A stretch of DNA of 49,745 nt from a virus (IMGVR_UViG_3300049144_000149:1-49745), one strand, 5' to 3'; shown: positions 8,971 to 18,684, counted from the stretch's first letter. Notes: generated by a model not told the origin, from the sequence alone. Numbers and translations are program-made.

Positions 8971-9716
8971 GCGAAGATCCTTTTCAGAAGGTCAGCGAGG
9001 GCACTAAAAAACCCGCCTGATGCGGCGGGCTGGGAGACAGGGACCGGAGCGGGTTCAATGTCGGGAAGCGGCGGGGCTGGCTTCGGCGCAGGGGCTTCGA
9101 TCTGCGCAGAGTTCAATGCAGCCAGGAACTTGCGGTGATACTCGGCGATGTCTCCGGCCTTATCGAGGCCGTTGATGATGCGGCGGGCGTTGTAGGCGTC
9201 GCTCAGCCCGGGCTTGAAATAGTCGCTCAGCTTCTTGCCGGTGAACCAGCCAGCCTTCATGCCGGAATACATGATAACCGATGCGATACCCGCCTGCATG
9301 GCAAGGTCAGGCGTGGCGACGAGATCGAAGCCGACTTCCTTGGAAGCTCGGGCATAGTTCGCCTTCCCGGTAAGCTGAACGTAGCCGCGGCCAGCGAACC
9401 GGGCCCCATCGCCTAGCGTGAGGTTGCCGAGCTCGCGGGCCTTGGTCGGCCGGTCACCCTGGATGTCGTACATGCGCTTGAAGTAGGCCGTGCCGCCCAT
9501 CTCCTTGATCGGCTGCATGGTGCGGGCTGTCTCGTGGAAGGCGGTCGCCAGGCAGTAGGCAAGGTGCTCGAGCGGCATGTCGGCCGGGGCAGCGGTCAAG
9601 AGAGCATCGAGCCCCTGAACCTGGCCCTCGGTCAACTTGCCGCCGAACAGCGACGAGCGGACAGCCGCAAAGAAGGAGGCGCGGTTAAGCGCCCGCCCGA
9701 GTGTCTCGGTGGTCAT
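8967..9716 (-). CDS. Endolysin, glycoside hydrolase family 19
   Basis: ATAFHET...MQPIKE, GRGYVQLTGKANY and ARRIING motifs. Confidence 0.9.
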   Translation of the reverse strand: MTTETLGRALNRASFFAAVRSSLFGGKLTEGQVQGLDALLTAAPADMPLEHLAYCLATAFHETARTMQPIKEMGGTAYFKRMYDIQGDRPTKARELGNLTLGDGARFAGRGYVQLTGKANYARASKEVGFDLVATPDLAMQAGIASVIMYSGMKAGWFTGKKLSDYFKPGLSDAYNARRIINGLDKAGDIAEYHRKFLAALNSAQIEAPAPKPAPPLPDIEPAPVPVSQPAASGGFFSALADLLKRIFA

Positions 9717-9861
9717 GATGTCCTCGTGGTGTGTGAAATGGTCAAATGGCCGGAACGATAAACTCGGCCCGAATTCCCATGACAGAAATCCAGCTGAAGG
9801 GATTGGGCTTGGTCCCTAACGCCGAATAAGCCATAAGAGCGGCTCAGCGAATGGGCAGGGA

Positions 9862-10971
9862 ATGGGCTTACTCCGACTTTATCTGGCGCTCAGTGTAGTA
9901 ATGAGTCATGGCCTTGTTAATCTTTTCGGCGTCAATCTCCTTGATGGCGCCGGATCTGTATTGGTATTCTTCACTATTTCTGGCTTCCTAATCACCTATG
10001 CGGCGATCAAAAAGTACCCTAACACGAGTGAAGGTCTCAGAAAATTCTACTGGAATAGAGCAATACGTCTCTATCCGTCTTATTGGCTTTGGCTCATCTT
10101 CACGATCACGCTGCTATTTGCTTTGCCTGAGGGCTCTATTCGATATCAAAGCGTTTCGATTGACGGCTCGAATGAAATATCCGGGTTTTGGAAGGACCAC
10201 GCTGGAGCGGCGTCATGGTCAACCATTCTTTTGGCGGTCGTATCGAACATCACAGGCCTGTTCGCTGACTCCTTGCTAAACCTGTCCCTAAATCCTGATG
10301 GAGGCCTATCAATCCGTGGCGGCGATACGAACCTGCCGTGGGCAATGGGGTTCATCTTTATCGGACAGTTCTGGAGCATCGGCGTCGAGTTGATATTCTA
10401 TGCGATTGCCCCTTTCATTGTACGCAGTCCATTGAAAGCTTTTGTACTTCTTGCCGTTAGCGCTTCAGGCTGGCTCGGTGACAGCTGGAGATACATTGCC
10501 GAGGCGATGAGCATGCCGGCGGTATTCTTGACCTTGCGGGCTCCGAACAATCTTTGGCTCTTCATGCTCGGGAGCCTCTTGGCTCATGCCTACATCAGCG
10601 TCACAGAACGCGACGGCAGGTTGCATCCAGGGCCAATCCTGCTCACCGTGGCCGGCTATGGGCTTGTCCTTGCACGTGCTGGGGCATTGTTCCCTACTTC
10701 AGACTTTGTTTGGTGGCAGTTTTTCTCACTCACCCTGGCCACTCCTTGCCTGTTTTATCTGTCGACAAAGGCTCTGCCACGATGGCCGCGAAAGGTAGAC
10801 AATTTCATCGGCGACCTCTCTTACCCGGTCTACATCAACCATTTTCTCATCATTCAGATTGCCGGCACGTTGCTCCCACCAAGCGGCGCATTGTTCGCAG
10901 GACTTTCCTGCTCCGCTGCTGTAGCTATTGTTTTATTTGACCGTTCGATGAGTCGGCGCTTCAAACAGTAG
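9862..10971 (+). CDS. Acyltransferase family 3 (OafA/Oac-like) moron
   Basis: LR..LA.SV...H, FFTISGFLI, WSIGVELIFY, GDLSYPVYINH; polytopic; lower GC; antisense to late genes. Confidence 0.9.
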   Translation: MGLLRLYLALSVVMSHGLVNLFGVNLLDGAGSVLVFFTISGFLITYAAIKKYPNTSEGLRKFYWNRAIRLYPSYWLWLIFTITLLFALPEGSIRYQSVSIDGSNEISGFWKDHAGAASWSTILLAVVSNITGLFADSLLNLSLNPDGGLSIRGGDTNLPWAMGFIFIGQFWSIGVELIFYAIAPFIVRSPLKAFVLLAVSASGWLGDSWRYIAEAMSMPAVFLTLRAPNNLWLFMLGSLLAHAYISVTERDGRLHPGPILLTVAGYGLVLARAGALFPTSDFVWWQFFSLTLATPCLFYLSTKALPRWPRKVDNFIGDLSYPVYINHFLIIQIAGTLLPPSGALFAGLSCSAAVAIVLFDRSMSRRFKQ

Positions 10972-10989
10972 TGCCGGAGTCTATCCACG

Positions 10990-11373
10990 TTAAAGCGTCG
11001 AGCAGAATTGCCAGAACTCGGCCAGCTTCGCATCGTCCCATCCCTTCTTGGATTGGATCAGCGGCACCAGCGGATCGTCAAACCTGAATTCGACTGCCCC
11101 GGACACCTTGAACTCGGCACGCGTTCGCTCTAGCGGATCCGCTATCTCAGCGAGATAGGTTTGCAATTCGGATGGGATGTCGCCAGTCTTGATGGCGGCG
11201 AAGGCTTGGTCCCAGGGGATGACGCCCCACTCGGCCAGCCCTTGGAAGAACTGACGGTCAGAGATGCCCCCTGGGACAGGCGCGACAACAGTAGTGAGTT
11301 CGAATGGGCCAAAATCGGCAACCACCTCCTGCACCTCACCGTCCAGCCATATGGTTTTGATTTCGATACCCAT
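10990..11373 (-). CDS. Tail-fibre-associated protein (putative chaperone)
   Basis: ISDRQFFQGL...DDPLV...FWQF; follows fibre gene. Confidence 0.65.
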   Translation of the reverse strand: MGIEIKTIWLDGEVQEVVADFGPFELTTVVAPVPGGISDRQFFQGLAEWGVIPWDQAFAAIKTGDIPSELQTYLAEIADPLERTRAEFKVSGAVEFRFDDPLVPLIQSKKGWDDAKLAEFWQFCSTL

Positions 11374-12602
11374 TAGACACGAGCCTCCACGGTGAGTTGA
11401 GTATCAGCAGTCCAAGTACCAGAAGCAAGAAAGAGCAAAAGGTGTGTTGGCCGCCCTGGCGTTTGCGAGAGGGCATTGTGAAAGCCCATATGATGACCAG
11501 TGGCGTTAAACCCCTTGAGCTGAGCGCAGGAACTTGCTCTCACGCTAGAGGTAGATGGAATATAAATCAGAGCATCTACGTGGTCCACAACCGCCAGATC
11601 CGAAGACCCAATCGACAAGTACGCGCGATCTCCTGATACGGCAGGACCTATCGACATCCCAACCGCCCCGTTGTTCAACAAGAACCCGGTGAAGTAATCG
11701 GCACCACCTGATTTATATGTGGCACCGTTGTCATAACTGTAGCGCAGGCCAATAGGCTGGGAGGCTACAGTCGCGACGCTTACTCCTGAAATTCTGATTT
11801 GGCGTGTTCCAGCAGGTATCGAAACAGCAATTGCCGTTAACCCAGTAGGGTTTGGCGATGCGAGGAGCTTCCAAGCACTGTTAAGGTTTTGCAGTGCGGT
11901 GTCTTTGTTCGAGAGATCCGCAAGATTGTTGGCCTTGAGCAAAGCCCCGGCCGCATCAACGGCTGCTTGTGTCCAGGCGCCATTCAGGAAGATGCGTAGG
12001 CCCTTCGGCGCGGTGGTCCGGGTGTATGTATCGCCCTCTTGAATGGGCGACCCGTCTGGGCGGGTGGTGGGATCGGCAGCATACGGCCCATAGAAGACAC
12101 TGCGGAGGCTGTTGTAGGCCGTTTGCGCGCCGTTCTGCGCCGTCTGGGCAGCCCCCGCTGCCGTTTGCGCTGCTACTCGGTCGGCGTCGACATTCGTCTC
12201 GATTTGGGAGAGCAGTGTCATGGCCGCTTCGACAGCCTGTCGATCAGTATGAATTTCGGCGGCCACCTCCTCAATGTTATCAGGAATGGCCTTCAGCCGA
12301 GTCAGGTACTCAGAGACACGCACGCCATAGACGCGCGGGTCTGTGTGTCTGATCCAGCGCACAATGAAATACGGCACATCGGTCAACGTCGGGCCGGTCC
12401 AGGGCTTCGCGAGCTTGATCTGGTCCATGGCCAGAACGTCTTGGACCACGGACATCCCTGCCGTGCCGTCGCCCGGAAACACGAAGTCATAGCGCAGCAC
12501 GGCCGGATCCCAGGCTGTGAAGTTGCCTGTCGCAATGTCGGAGCCGTTCGTCAGCGAGATTGTGCCTTCGGAATAGAAGAAATAGGAAGGATCAAGGGCC
12601 AT
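11373..12602 (-). CDS. Tail fibre / receptor-binding protein
   Basis: N-terminal YSEGTISLTNGS..ATG anchor, coiled coil, KANNLADL..K..A..NL motif, variable C-terminus. Confidence 0.8.
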   Translation of the reverse strand: MALDPSYFFYSEGTISLTNGSDIATGNFTAWDPAVLRYDFVFPGDGTAGMSVVQDVLAMDQIKLAKPWTGPTLTDVPYFIVRWIRHTDPRVYGVRVSEYLTRLKAIPDNIEEVAAEIHTDRQAVEAAMTLLSQIETNVDADRVAAQTAAGAAQTAQNGAQTAYNSLRSVFYGPYAADPTTRPDGSPIQEGDTYTRTTAPKGLRIFLNGAWTQAAVDAAGALLKANNLADLSNKDTALQNLNSAWKLLASPNPTGLTAIAVSIPAGTRQIRISGVSVATVASQPIGLRYSYDNGATYKSGGADYFTGFLLNNGAVGMSIGPAVSGDRAYLSIGSSDLAVVDHVDALIYIPSTSSVRASSCAQLKGFNATGHHMGFHNALSQTPGRPTHLLLFLASGTWTADTQLTVEARV

Positions 12603-12614
12603 CGTGTCGCCTGC

Positions 12615-12956
12615 TCAAAGAGTGATGCCGTTTTGGGTGAGGATTTTGCGGATCTTCTCAGCCGTCAGGGCCTTGCGGATTTTCAGCTTCAGGGCCGTGC
12701 GGTCGTCTTCCGTGGCCTCGTCAGCTTCAGCGAGAGCCACCACTTGGCGGGCTATGTCGTCCGCCTTGATGTGCCGCCGCTGGGCTTCCTTGTTGAGCAT
12801 CGCGGACGGCTGGCCGGCGAGGTGATTGCGGGCCTCCGTAACCTTGCGATTGTAGAGGGCCATGCGCAGGCGCACCGGCTCGAAGTGCTTGTCGATCGCC
12901 TGCTCTGCCAAGTCGCGGAGCTGATCGACGGAGGGACCGAACTCGAGACGCGCCAT
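12615..12956 (-). CDS. Phage tail-region hypothetical protein
   Basis: Helical ORF in tail operon, Y..K..EA motif. Confidence 0.7.
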   Translation of the reverse strand: MARLEFGPSVDQLRDLAEQAIDKHFEPVRLRMALYNRKVTEARNHLAGQPSAMLNKEAQRRHIKADDIARQVVALAEADEATEDDRTALKLKIRKALTAEKIRKILTQNGITL

Positions 12957-12957
12957 G

Positions 12958-13374
12958 TCAGCCCTCCTTCGTCACAGCGATGTGGACGGCTACCGGTTGA
13001 TGCGGGAACGGGTCAAACGTCACGGAGTAGCTCCCAGGGGTGCGCAGGACCAATTCCAGATCGTCGCCATCGGCCTCGACCACTTGGCCGCCGTCTGGCC
13101 CCAGGACTTGAACGGAGAGTCCTTTCGGGATACCCGAGACCACCGTCACCTTGTCGTCGCCATCCTGCTTCTCGGTGACGCTGTAATCAAGCTGAGGCCG
13201 GATCGCTGGCACGCCTTTGGGGAAGTACCAGAAGCGCGTGTCGAAGGGCGGAACATCGAGCACATGGCCTTCCGTCTGCTCAGCCCTCACCCGCTCGATC
13301 ATCTCGGCGGGCGCCGGATATTCGGCATCGGTGTGCCCCACATAGCGGCCTTCGCCATCGGTAAACAGAAGCAT
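12958..13374 (-). CDS. Phage tail-region hypothetical protein
   Basis: Start at MLLFTD; Ig-like C-terminus (PGSYSVTFDPFP). Confidence 0.7.
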   Translation of the reverse strand: MLLFTDGEGRYVGHTDAEYPAPAEMIERVRAEQTEGHVLDVPPFDTRFWYFPKGVPAIRPQLDYSVTEKQDGDDKVTVVSGIPKGLSVQVLGPDGGQVVEADGDDLELVLRTPGSYSVTFDPFPHQPVAVHIAVTKEG

Positions 13375-13375
13375 G

Positions 13376-13894
13376 TCAGAACTCCAACACAGACCAGCGG
13401 ACGCGGATGCCGTAGGCCTGGAAATTATCAATGAAGAGCGTGGTGTTGTTCCAGCGGATGCGCCAGCCGTTGCCGGACTTCTTCTCGCCCTGATCGGCGT
13501 TCAGCATCCACGGCGTGCACCAGCCGATTTTGAGATCGTTGTTCCAATGCAGAGGCACGATGATCACGTTACCGCCGCTGAGCTGCGGGTCACGGTCCAG
13601 CCCGACCCACATCCCATCGTTCGATGGATCCGCCGAATTCGTATACATCGACTGCGCAACACCGATGGCGAGACCGGGGCTGTCCACCCCATGCGAGATC
13701 GTGCGCGTTCCAGGGCTGAGCGGATAGGCAGACTCCGGAACAGTTGTCAGCCCCGAGGCTGCTACGCGCGCTTGGATCGCGTCGGCATCGAAGATAAGTT
13801 GATCCAGGTCCGCCGTAGCAGCATCGAACCCCGGACGGGACACGCGGAACACGAACTCTGAGCCCACGTTCCCGAGAACGACACGACGCGCCAT
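13376..13894 (-). CDS. Tail-tip accessory protein, paralogue 3
   Basis: MARRVVLG..VSRPGFDA N-terminus shared with neighbours. Confidence 0.75.
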   Translation of the reverse strand: MARRVVLGNVGSEFVFRVSRPGFDAATADLDQLIFDADAIQARVAASGLTTVPESAYPLSPGTRTISHGVDSPGLAIGVAQSMYTNSADPSNDGMWVGLDRDPQLSGGNVIIVPLHWNNDLKIGWCTPWMLNADQGEKKSGNGWRIRWNNTTLFIDNFQAYGIRVRWSVLEF

Positions 13895-13897
13895 GGA

Positions 13898-14278
13898 TTA
13901 ACTTTCAGTCTGCATGACGGCGAACCATTGCACGGTGTCACCCGCAGCAAACCATGCGCCCGTCAGGGTGTCTTGAATGCTGGTGAGCGTGAACCCGGAG
14001 CGGGTCGCCTGTGTCCGGACGGTTGCTAGGCTGGGATAACTCCGCAACTGGCCGCAGAACACCAGGGGAATAGAGGGATATGTGCGGGCGAAGCTGATCG
14101 ACCGCGTGCCGCCGCCGCCTGGTACGACCGCCGAGCCTTCCTCGAGAACCATGCCGCGGCGGGTCGACATGTCGAAGAGCAGATCCGATCCGGACGCTCC
14201 CTGAACGTCAACGCCTGCTTTCGACACCCAGAGACCATAATCAGAGCCACGCTGGCCGAGAATGATACGACGCGCCAT
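13898..14278 (-). CDS. Tail-tip accessory protein, paralogue 2
   Basis: MARRIILG..VSKAGVDV. Confidence 0.75.
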   Translation of the reverse strand: MARRIILGQRGSDYGLWVSKAGVDVQGASGSDLLFDMSTRRGMVLEEGSAVVPGGGGTRSISFARTYPSIPLVFCGQLRSYPSLATVRTQATRSGFTLTSIQDTLTGAWFAAGDTVQWFAVMQTES

Positions 14279-14281
14279 CGC

Positions 14282-14701
14282 TCAGTTCTCCAGCAGGAAC
14301 CAGACCATGCCGTCACCTGATGGGAGCGTCACGTTCTCGAAAGCGGTTTTGGAGATCCTCAGCCTGTTTTCCTGCAGGACCAAACAATAGGGGTTATAGT
14401 ACCAATTAAACTGCCCCCCGGTTGTATAGTAAATGTAGTAATTGAAGAACATCCGCCCTCCACGCCTGAGCACGGCCAGCGTCGGCGGCGGGTTGGAGAA
14501 TGTCTTCCCGAGGTTGACCCATGCTCCCATGGAGTTGACAGAGCCTGTCGATGCCACCTTCGCGCTCGCTTGGCGCAACGCCGAGAACGAGATCTGCTTC
14601 GGGTTATTCACGTCGGCCGTCAGGGCATCGACGCCCCTGCGGGAGATGCGGAGGTCATAGGTGCCGTTGGTCATCTGACCCATCACAACGCGCCGCGCCA
14701 T
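14282..14701 (-). CDS. Tail-tip accessory protein, paralogue 1
   Basis: MARRVVMG..ISRRGVDA. Confidence 0.75.
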   Translation of the reverse strand: MARRVVMGQMTNGTYDLRISRRGVDALTADVNNPKQISFSALRQASAKVASTGSVNSMGAWVNLGKTFSNPPPTLAVLRRGGRMFFNYYIYYTTGGQFNWYYNPYCLVLQENRLRISKTAFENVTLPSGDGMVWFLLEN

Positions 14702-17700
14702 CAGGAGGCATCCCAGATTTCAAAGCGTCGGTCAGGGCCGCTGATCAGGAACCCGCCCGTTGTATAGCCGGGGCTTGATGAAACCGTGCCGATCTGAGCG
14801 CTGATGGCGGACAGGTTGAGCACGTTGATCTGGTTCGCGTTGACTGATCCGTCCGCGATGAAGTCGCCGCGCAGGACCATCCGGCCAACGCCGTTATGAG
14901 TGGCGATGGAGAAGACGGCTTCCTCCCCAAAGCCGGAGCCAGGAGCGCCAACGAGGAACTTATCGACTGCAATCTTGAACTCGCTCCGGAACGCGCCTGG
15001 CCCGCTCGCGCCGACGAGCTGAAATCCGCCGAAATAGCCGCCTGAGTTGACCGAGACTGTGTAGGCTCCGACAACCTGGCCGGTGATCGTAGCAATCGCG
15101 GTAAATTGCTGCTCGACACTGACCTCTAACTCATCGAATTGCGCCTCAACCGTGGTCGTGAGTTGTGCGATTGCACTCTCAGTATCGACCCTGACCTTGG
15201 CGACCTCGGTAATGGCGGCCCTGCCGCGCTCGTCCGCCTCCTCAGCAATCACCCGGCTCTCGCCGGCAAGATCCGCAACGCCATATTCAAGCGACAGGCT
15301 TTCCAAGTCCCGGCTCAATTGCGGGATCAGATCATCCGGTCGGATCTTCATGATGAAGAAGGAATTATCCAGCACCAACGGAGGCGGCGCGATCTGAACG
15401 ATACTGAAGACGCCGGTGACATTGCTTGCCGTGATCCCAGCCACCCGCAGGAAGATCGTTTGAGCCCCTCCGACGATCGCCTCAAAGGTGGTCGCGTCAC
15501 CTTCATAAGCCCGAACCCATGTGGCCCTGTTGTCGTAGGACACATCGGCGATATACCGGATGGCGCCCTTGGCCGGCTGCCAGCCCGCTTGCAGCACGAG
15601 GGTCATGCCGCGCTGGTAGACCTGCGCGCCCAGCGCTGTCACCACAGGGATTGACGGCGAGAAGATGTCGGGGATGGTCGGGAGCGGCGTGACGCCGGTC
15701 TCCGTGACCGTATAGACGATTGGATCGTCCAGCACGCCGGTCAGGGTGATGTGCTCCCCGTCCGTGTCAGGCACGCCTTCGGTGATGAGCACCCGGAAGG
15801 CGCGGGGCTCGGCGGGAGAGAAATCGGCGGTCGGCGGGTCGGCCAGATCGGAGCGAGCCAGCGCCTGCGCAAGGGTCATGCCCTGCCGCGTGGTCTCGGT
15901 TGCCATGTCGGTCGCATTGACAATGGCAATCCGCGCCGACGTGCCGCGCGTGACCCGCACAGGCCCCCAGGGGCGTCCGTCACGGCGCCGCACCTCGACA
16001 TAATGGTTGAGGGCGTTCGGATCCCAATTCAGCGGCTGATCGAAGGTGATCGCCCGCGCAGCGTCGTTGTAGCTGACGACCTCGGCCGACTGGCCCCAGG
16101 TTTCCGGCTGCTCGCAGGCCAGAACGACCAGATCGCCGCGCTTGAGCAGACGGCCTTCGGCCCGCGCCGTCCATGACACCATAATGCGGCGGTATTGGTT
16201 CTCGGCCGCCATGAAGCGGACAAGCCCCGCCGCCTGTGTCCGGTTGGTGACGCCAGGCAACTGCACGCGGGCAGGCTTGGCGAGCGTCACGCCGTCAGGG
16301 GCGGACGAGACCTCGGCCAGCTTGTAGGTTGTCCGGTCGATGTACTCCCCGACAATGCCGTCCGCGATGTCGTCATCGGCCAGCGTGTAGTCGATGGTCA
16401 GCGAGTCCTTCACGATATCGTAGTCGGTGAACATCATGCGCGGGATGCCGCGGGGTTCGTCCCTGACGATGGTCAGGCGGTCGCCCACAGGAGCAGGAAC
16501 AGCCCTGCCGGCCTTCAGAACCGTCTCGAGCGCATCATCCAGCGTCTGCGGCTCTTTGAAGACATGATCGAAGGTATGCCCCAGCGATGCCCAAAGCTGG
16601 TCGTAGGCATAGAACGATTGGAAATCGACCTGCTCCAACCCGAGGCCCGCCCCATAGTCGGCATTGCGCCACATATCGAGGGCGGCCCAGGCAATGGAGC
16701 GCGACTCCTGCTCGACAAACGACGATCCGTTCCAGACCGGCAGGATGCGGGTCGCGATGACGCCCACTTGGCCGTTCATGATGCCCTGCAGGTTCTCGGA
16801 GGCCTTCGCCTTGATGGCGATGGTCGTCACCCGCGGGAAACGGTTCGGGCCGTCGATCTGGGCACGCAGAGCCGACCAGACGACCTGATCCGCTCCCCCG
16901 CGCCTCTCATCCGGAGGCCACTCGTCAATCGGCACCATCGTGCGACGGGCGCGGACTTCCCAGCGGCCATCCGGGACATCGATCGACTCTGTAACGCGGA
17001 TCTGGCTCTGCTTGGCGTAGGTGTAGGTTTTGACCCAGAGGTCCGTCCAAGGGCCGACCGGCGCGCCGGCATCGTTCACACGACGCGACTGAACGATAAT
17101 TCCCACGCTGTGCGAGCGCACGTCGCCCTTCCACGTCTGAAACACGCCCGAAGGGAATACGAAGTCAAGCAGGAGCCTGAGAGCTGTCGTTCCTGCGGCG
17201 TTGGCTGTGAAGCCAGGCGTGAAGGTCGTGCTGAGTTCCAGGCCCGAGACCTCGGAGGCTGTGACGACGTTGACAGGGAAGAGCGTGACCTTCTCGTTCG
17301 GGTCGTAGATCCGGACCGTGATGCCCGGGAATGATGAGCTCGTGCCCCCGCTCTTGGTCCAGATGCGGGTGTCCGCAATCCGAAGCTCCTCAATGTCGTA
17401 CCTGCCACAGCCGACGCACAGGAGTGCATATTCCGTCATGTTGTCGCCGCTGTACTCGGAGTACTTGGGCGCAGCGAAATCAGGGAAGGACAGGGTGCGG
17501 CCATACAGGACCGGGATCGGCTGCAGCGGGCGAGCTTGGTTGCCACCGAAGCCGAAGGAATAGAGCTCTTCGCTCTCCGCCGTCTTGCCGCCTGCCTTGG
17601 GCTTGAGGAAGTGGCTGATCGCCATGGCCCCGCCTGCGATGAGCAGGGAGGCTCCGATGCCCGCCATGGTCGTTCCAGCGCCGAAGACCATGCCAGCGGC

Positions 17701-18048
17701 CCAAGGAGCAAGCGCGGTGAGCGCCACCATGGCGACGATCGCGCCGATGCTCTTGGCCGAGGAGCCGCCCCCGCCACCGCCCACGTCACCCGGACGGGTC
17801 AGAAACTCCACGTTGTCATTGGCCGCCAGATGATACGTCGACCACTCGTCCCGGCTGTAATAGAGGCCATTGATCCGGCAGACCGTGGGGAGATCAAAGC
17901 GCCAGCCTGTGCGAGCGATCACATCAGCAATCGTTTCGCCCATGGCCGCCTCTGCCTCGGCCACAGACAGCACGAGAGAGGACTCGGGGCGTGCTTCATC
18001 CCCCTGCGGATCCATGACCACAAGGTTATGTTTGACGGCAAGTTTCAT
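14701..18048 (-). CDS. Tail tip / host-specificity protein (gpJ-like, with gpI-like N-terminus)
   Basis: 1115 aa; NQARPLQPIPVLYG, FN3-like region, coiled coil, DUF1983-like C-terminus. Confidence 0.88.
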   Translation of the reverse strand: MKLAVKHNLVVMDPQGDEARPESSLVLSVAEAEAAMGETIADVIARTGWRFDLPTVCRINGLYYSRDEWSTYHLAANDNVEFLTRPGDVGGGGGGSSAKSIGAIVAMVALTALAPWAAGMVFGAGTTMAGIGASLLIAGGAMAISHFLKPKAGGKTAESEELYSFGFGGNQARPLQPIPVLYGRTLSFPDFAAPKYSEYSGDNMTEYALLCVGCGRYDIEELRIADTRIWTKSGGTSSSFPGITVRIYDPNEKVTLFPVNVVTASEVSGLELSTTFTPGFTANAAGTTALRLLLDFVFPSGVFQTWKGDVRSHSVGIIVQSRRVNDAGAPVGPWTDLWVKTYTYAKQSQIRVTESIDVPDGRWEVRARRTMVPIDEWPPDERRGGADQVVWSALRAQIDGPNRFPRVTTIAIKAKASENLQGIMNGQVGVIATRILPVWNGSSFVEQESRSIAWAALDMWRNADYGAGLGLEQVDFQSFYAYDQLWASLGHTFDHVFKEPQTLDDALETVLKAGRAVPAPVGDRLTIVRDEPRGIPRMMFTDYDIVKDSLTIDYTLADDDIADGIVGEYIDRTTYKLAEVSSAPDGVTLAKPARVQLPGVTNRTQAAGLVRFMAAENQYRRIMVSWTARAEGRLLKRGDLVVLACEQPETWGQSAEVVSYNDAARAITFDQPLNWDPNALNHYVEVRRRDGRPWGPVRVTRGTSARIAIVNATDMATETTRQGMTLAQALARSDLADPPTADFSPAEPRAFRVLITEGVPDTDGEHITLTGVLDDPIVYTVTETGVTPLPTIPDIFSPSIPVVTALGAQVYQRGMTLVLQAGWQPAKGAIRYIADVSYDNRATWVRAYEGDATTFEAIVGGAQTIFLRVAGITASNVTGVFSIVQIAPPPLVLDNSFFIMKIRPDDLIPQLSRDLESLSLEYGVADLAGESRVIAEEADERGRAAITEVAKVRVDTESAIAQLTTTVEAQFDELEVSVEQQFTAIATITGQVVGAYTVSVNSGGYFGGFQLVGASGPGAFRSEFKIAVDKFLVGAPGSGFGEEAVFSIATHNGVGRMVLRGDFIADGSVNANQINVLNLSAISAQIGTVSSSPGYTTGGFLISGPDRRFEIWDAS

Positions 18049-18050
18049 GA

Positions 18051-18473
18051 TTACGCTTTGCGCCGGAATATGCGGAGGTAGTTGAAACCAGATGCCCGAA
18101 GGGCTGGCAGGTCATCCACGACAACCCCTGATCGCCGGTCGATGTGGATCACAGCAGGCGTCGTGGCCGGGAAGATGTAGGTGCCGAGATGAAAGTCCCG
18201 CTTGGCGACGTTGCCCATGAGGACGAGATCAAGTTCACGCGCCTCGGCCTCGGGGATCTCCTCCCAGGCCTGCCGCTCGGGATGCGAGAGCATGGCCACG
18301 GCTTGGGCCCGGGTTGTGGGCTCAGCAAAGGAGACATCCGGCATCGAGACGCCAGCAAGCTCGGTCTGAATGTGACGGGCGAGGCCGTAGCAGTCGAACG
18401 AGGCAGGACCGCGCTCCCCGATCTTGTAGGGCTTGCCGATCAGGCTCTCATAGAAGGCGAGACGGTCAGTCAT
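18051..18473 (-). CDS. NlpC/P60 tail-associated peptidase (gpK-like)
   Basis: IGKPY...GP.SFDCYGL; H-L-G catalytic His. Confidence 0.88.
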   Translation of the reverse strand: MTDRLAFYESLIGKPYKIGERGPASFDCYGLARHIQTELAGVSMPDVSFAEPTTRAQAVAMLSHPERQAWEEIPEAEARELDLVLMGNVAKRDFHLGTYIFPATTPAVIHIDRRSGVVVDDLPALRASGFNYLRIFRRKA

Positions 18474-18684
18474 GGCGGGCCTGATCCCAGATCTCAAAGC
18501 GCATTCCGCCATCAGCATTCAGCCGAATGAGGTATTTGTCTGCTCGAACCTTAAATTCCGCAGGATCGGGGTGCTTGATAGTACGCACTTCGGGCCCTGG
18601 TTCCTTGGCAAGGGCTCTAGCCGCGGCCACTCCCGCAACAGGAGCCGCAGCCAAGAACCCGAAAAGCTTTCGACGTGAGAGCAT
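18466..18684 (-). CDS. Small twin-arginine-signal protein with gpJ C-terminal-like motifs
   Basis: MLSRRKLFG-hydrophobic-ALA; AGGAG RBS; stop overlaps NlpC start. Confidence 0.75.
   Translation of the reverse strand: MLSRRKLFGFLAAAPVAGVAAARALAKEPGPEVRTIKHPDPAEFKVRADKYLIRLNADGGMRFEIWDQARHD

Noticed and set aside
11373-14701. Possible diversity-generating retroelement or invertible tail cassette
   Set aside because: No reverse transcriptase, invertase, TR/VR pair or inverted crossover repeats seen
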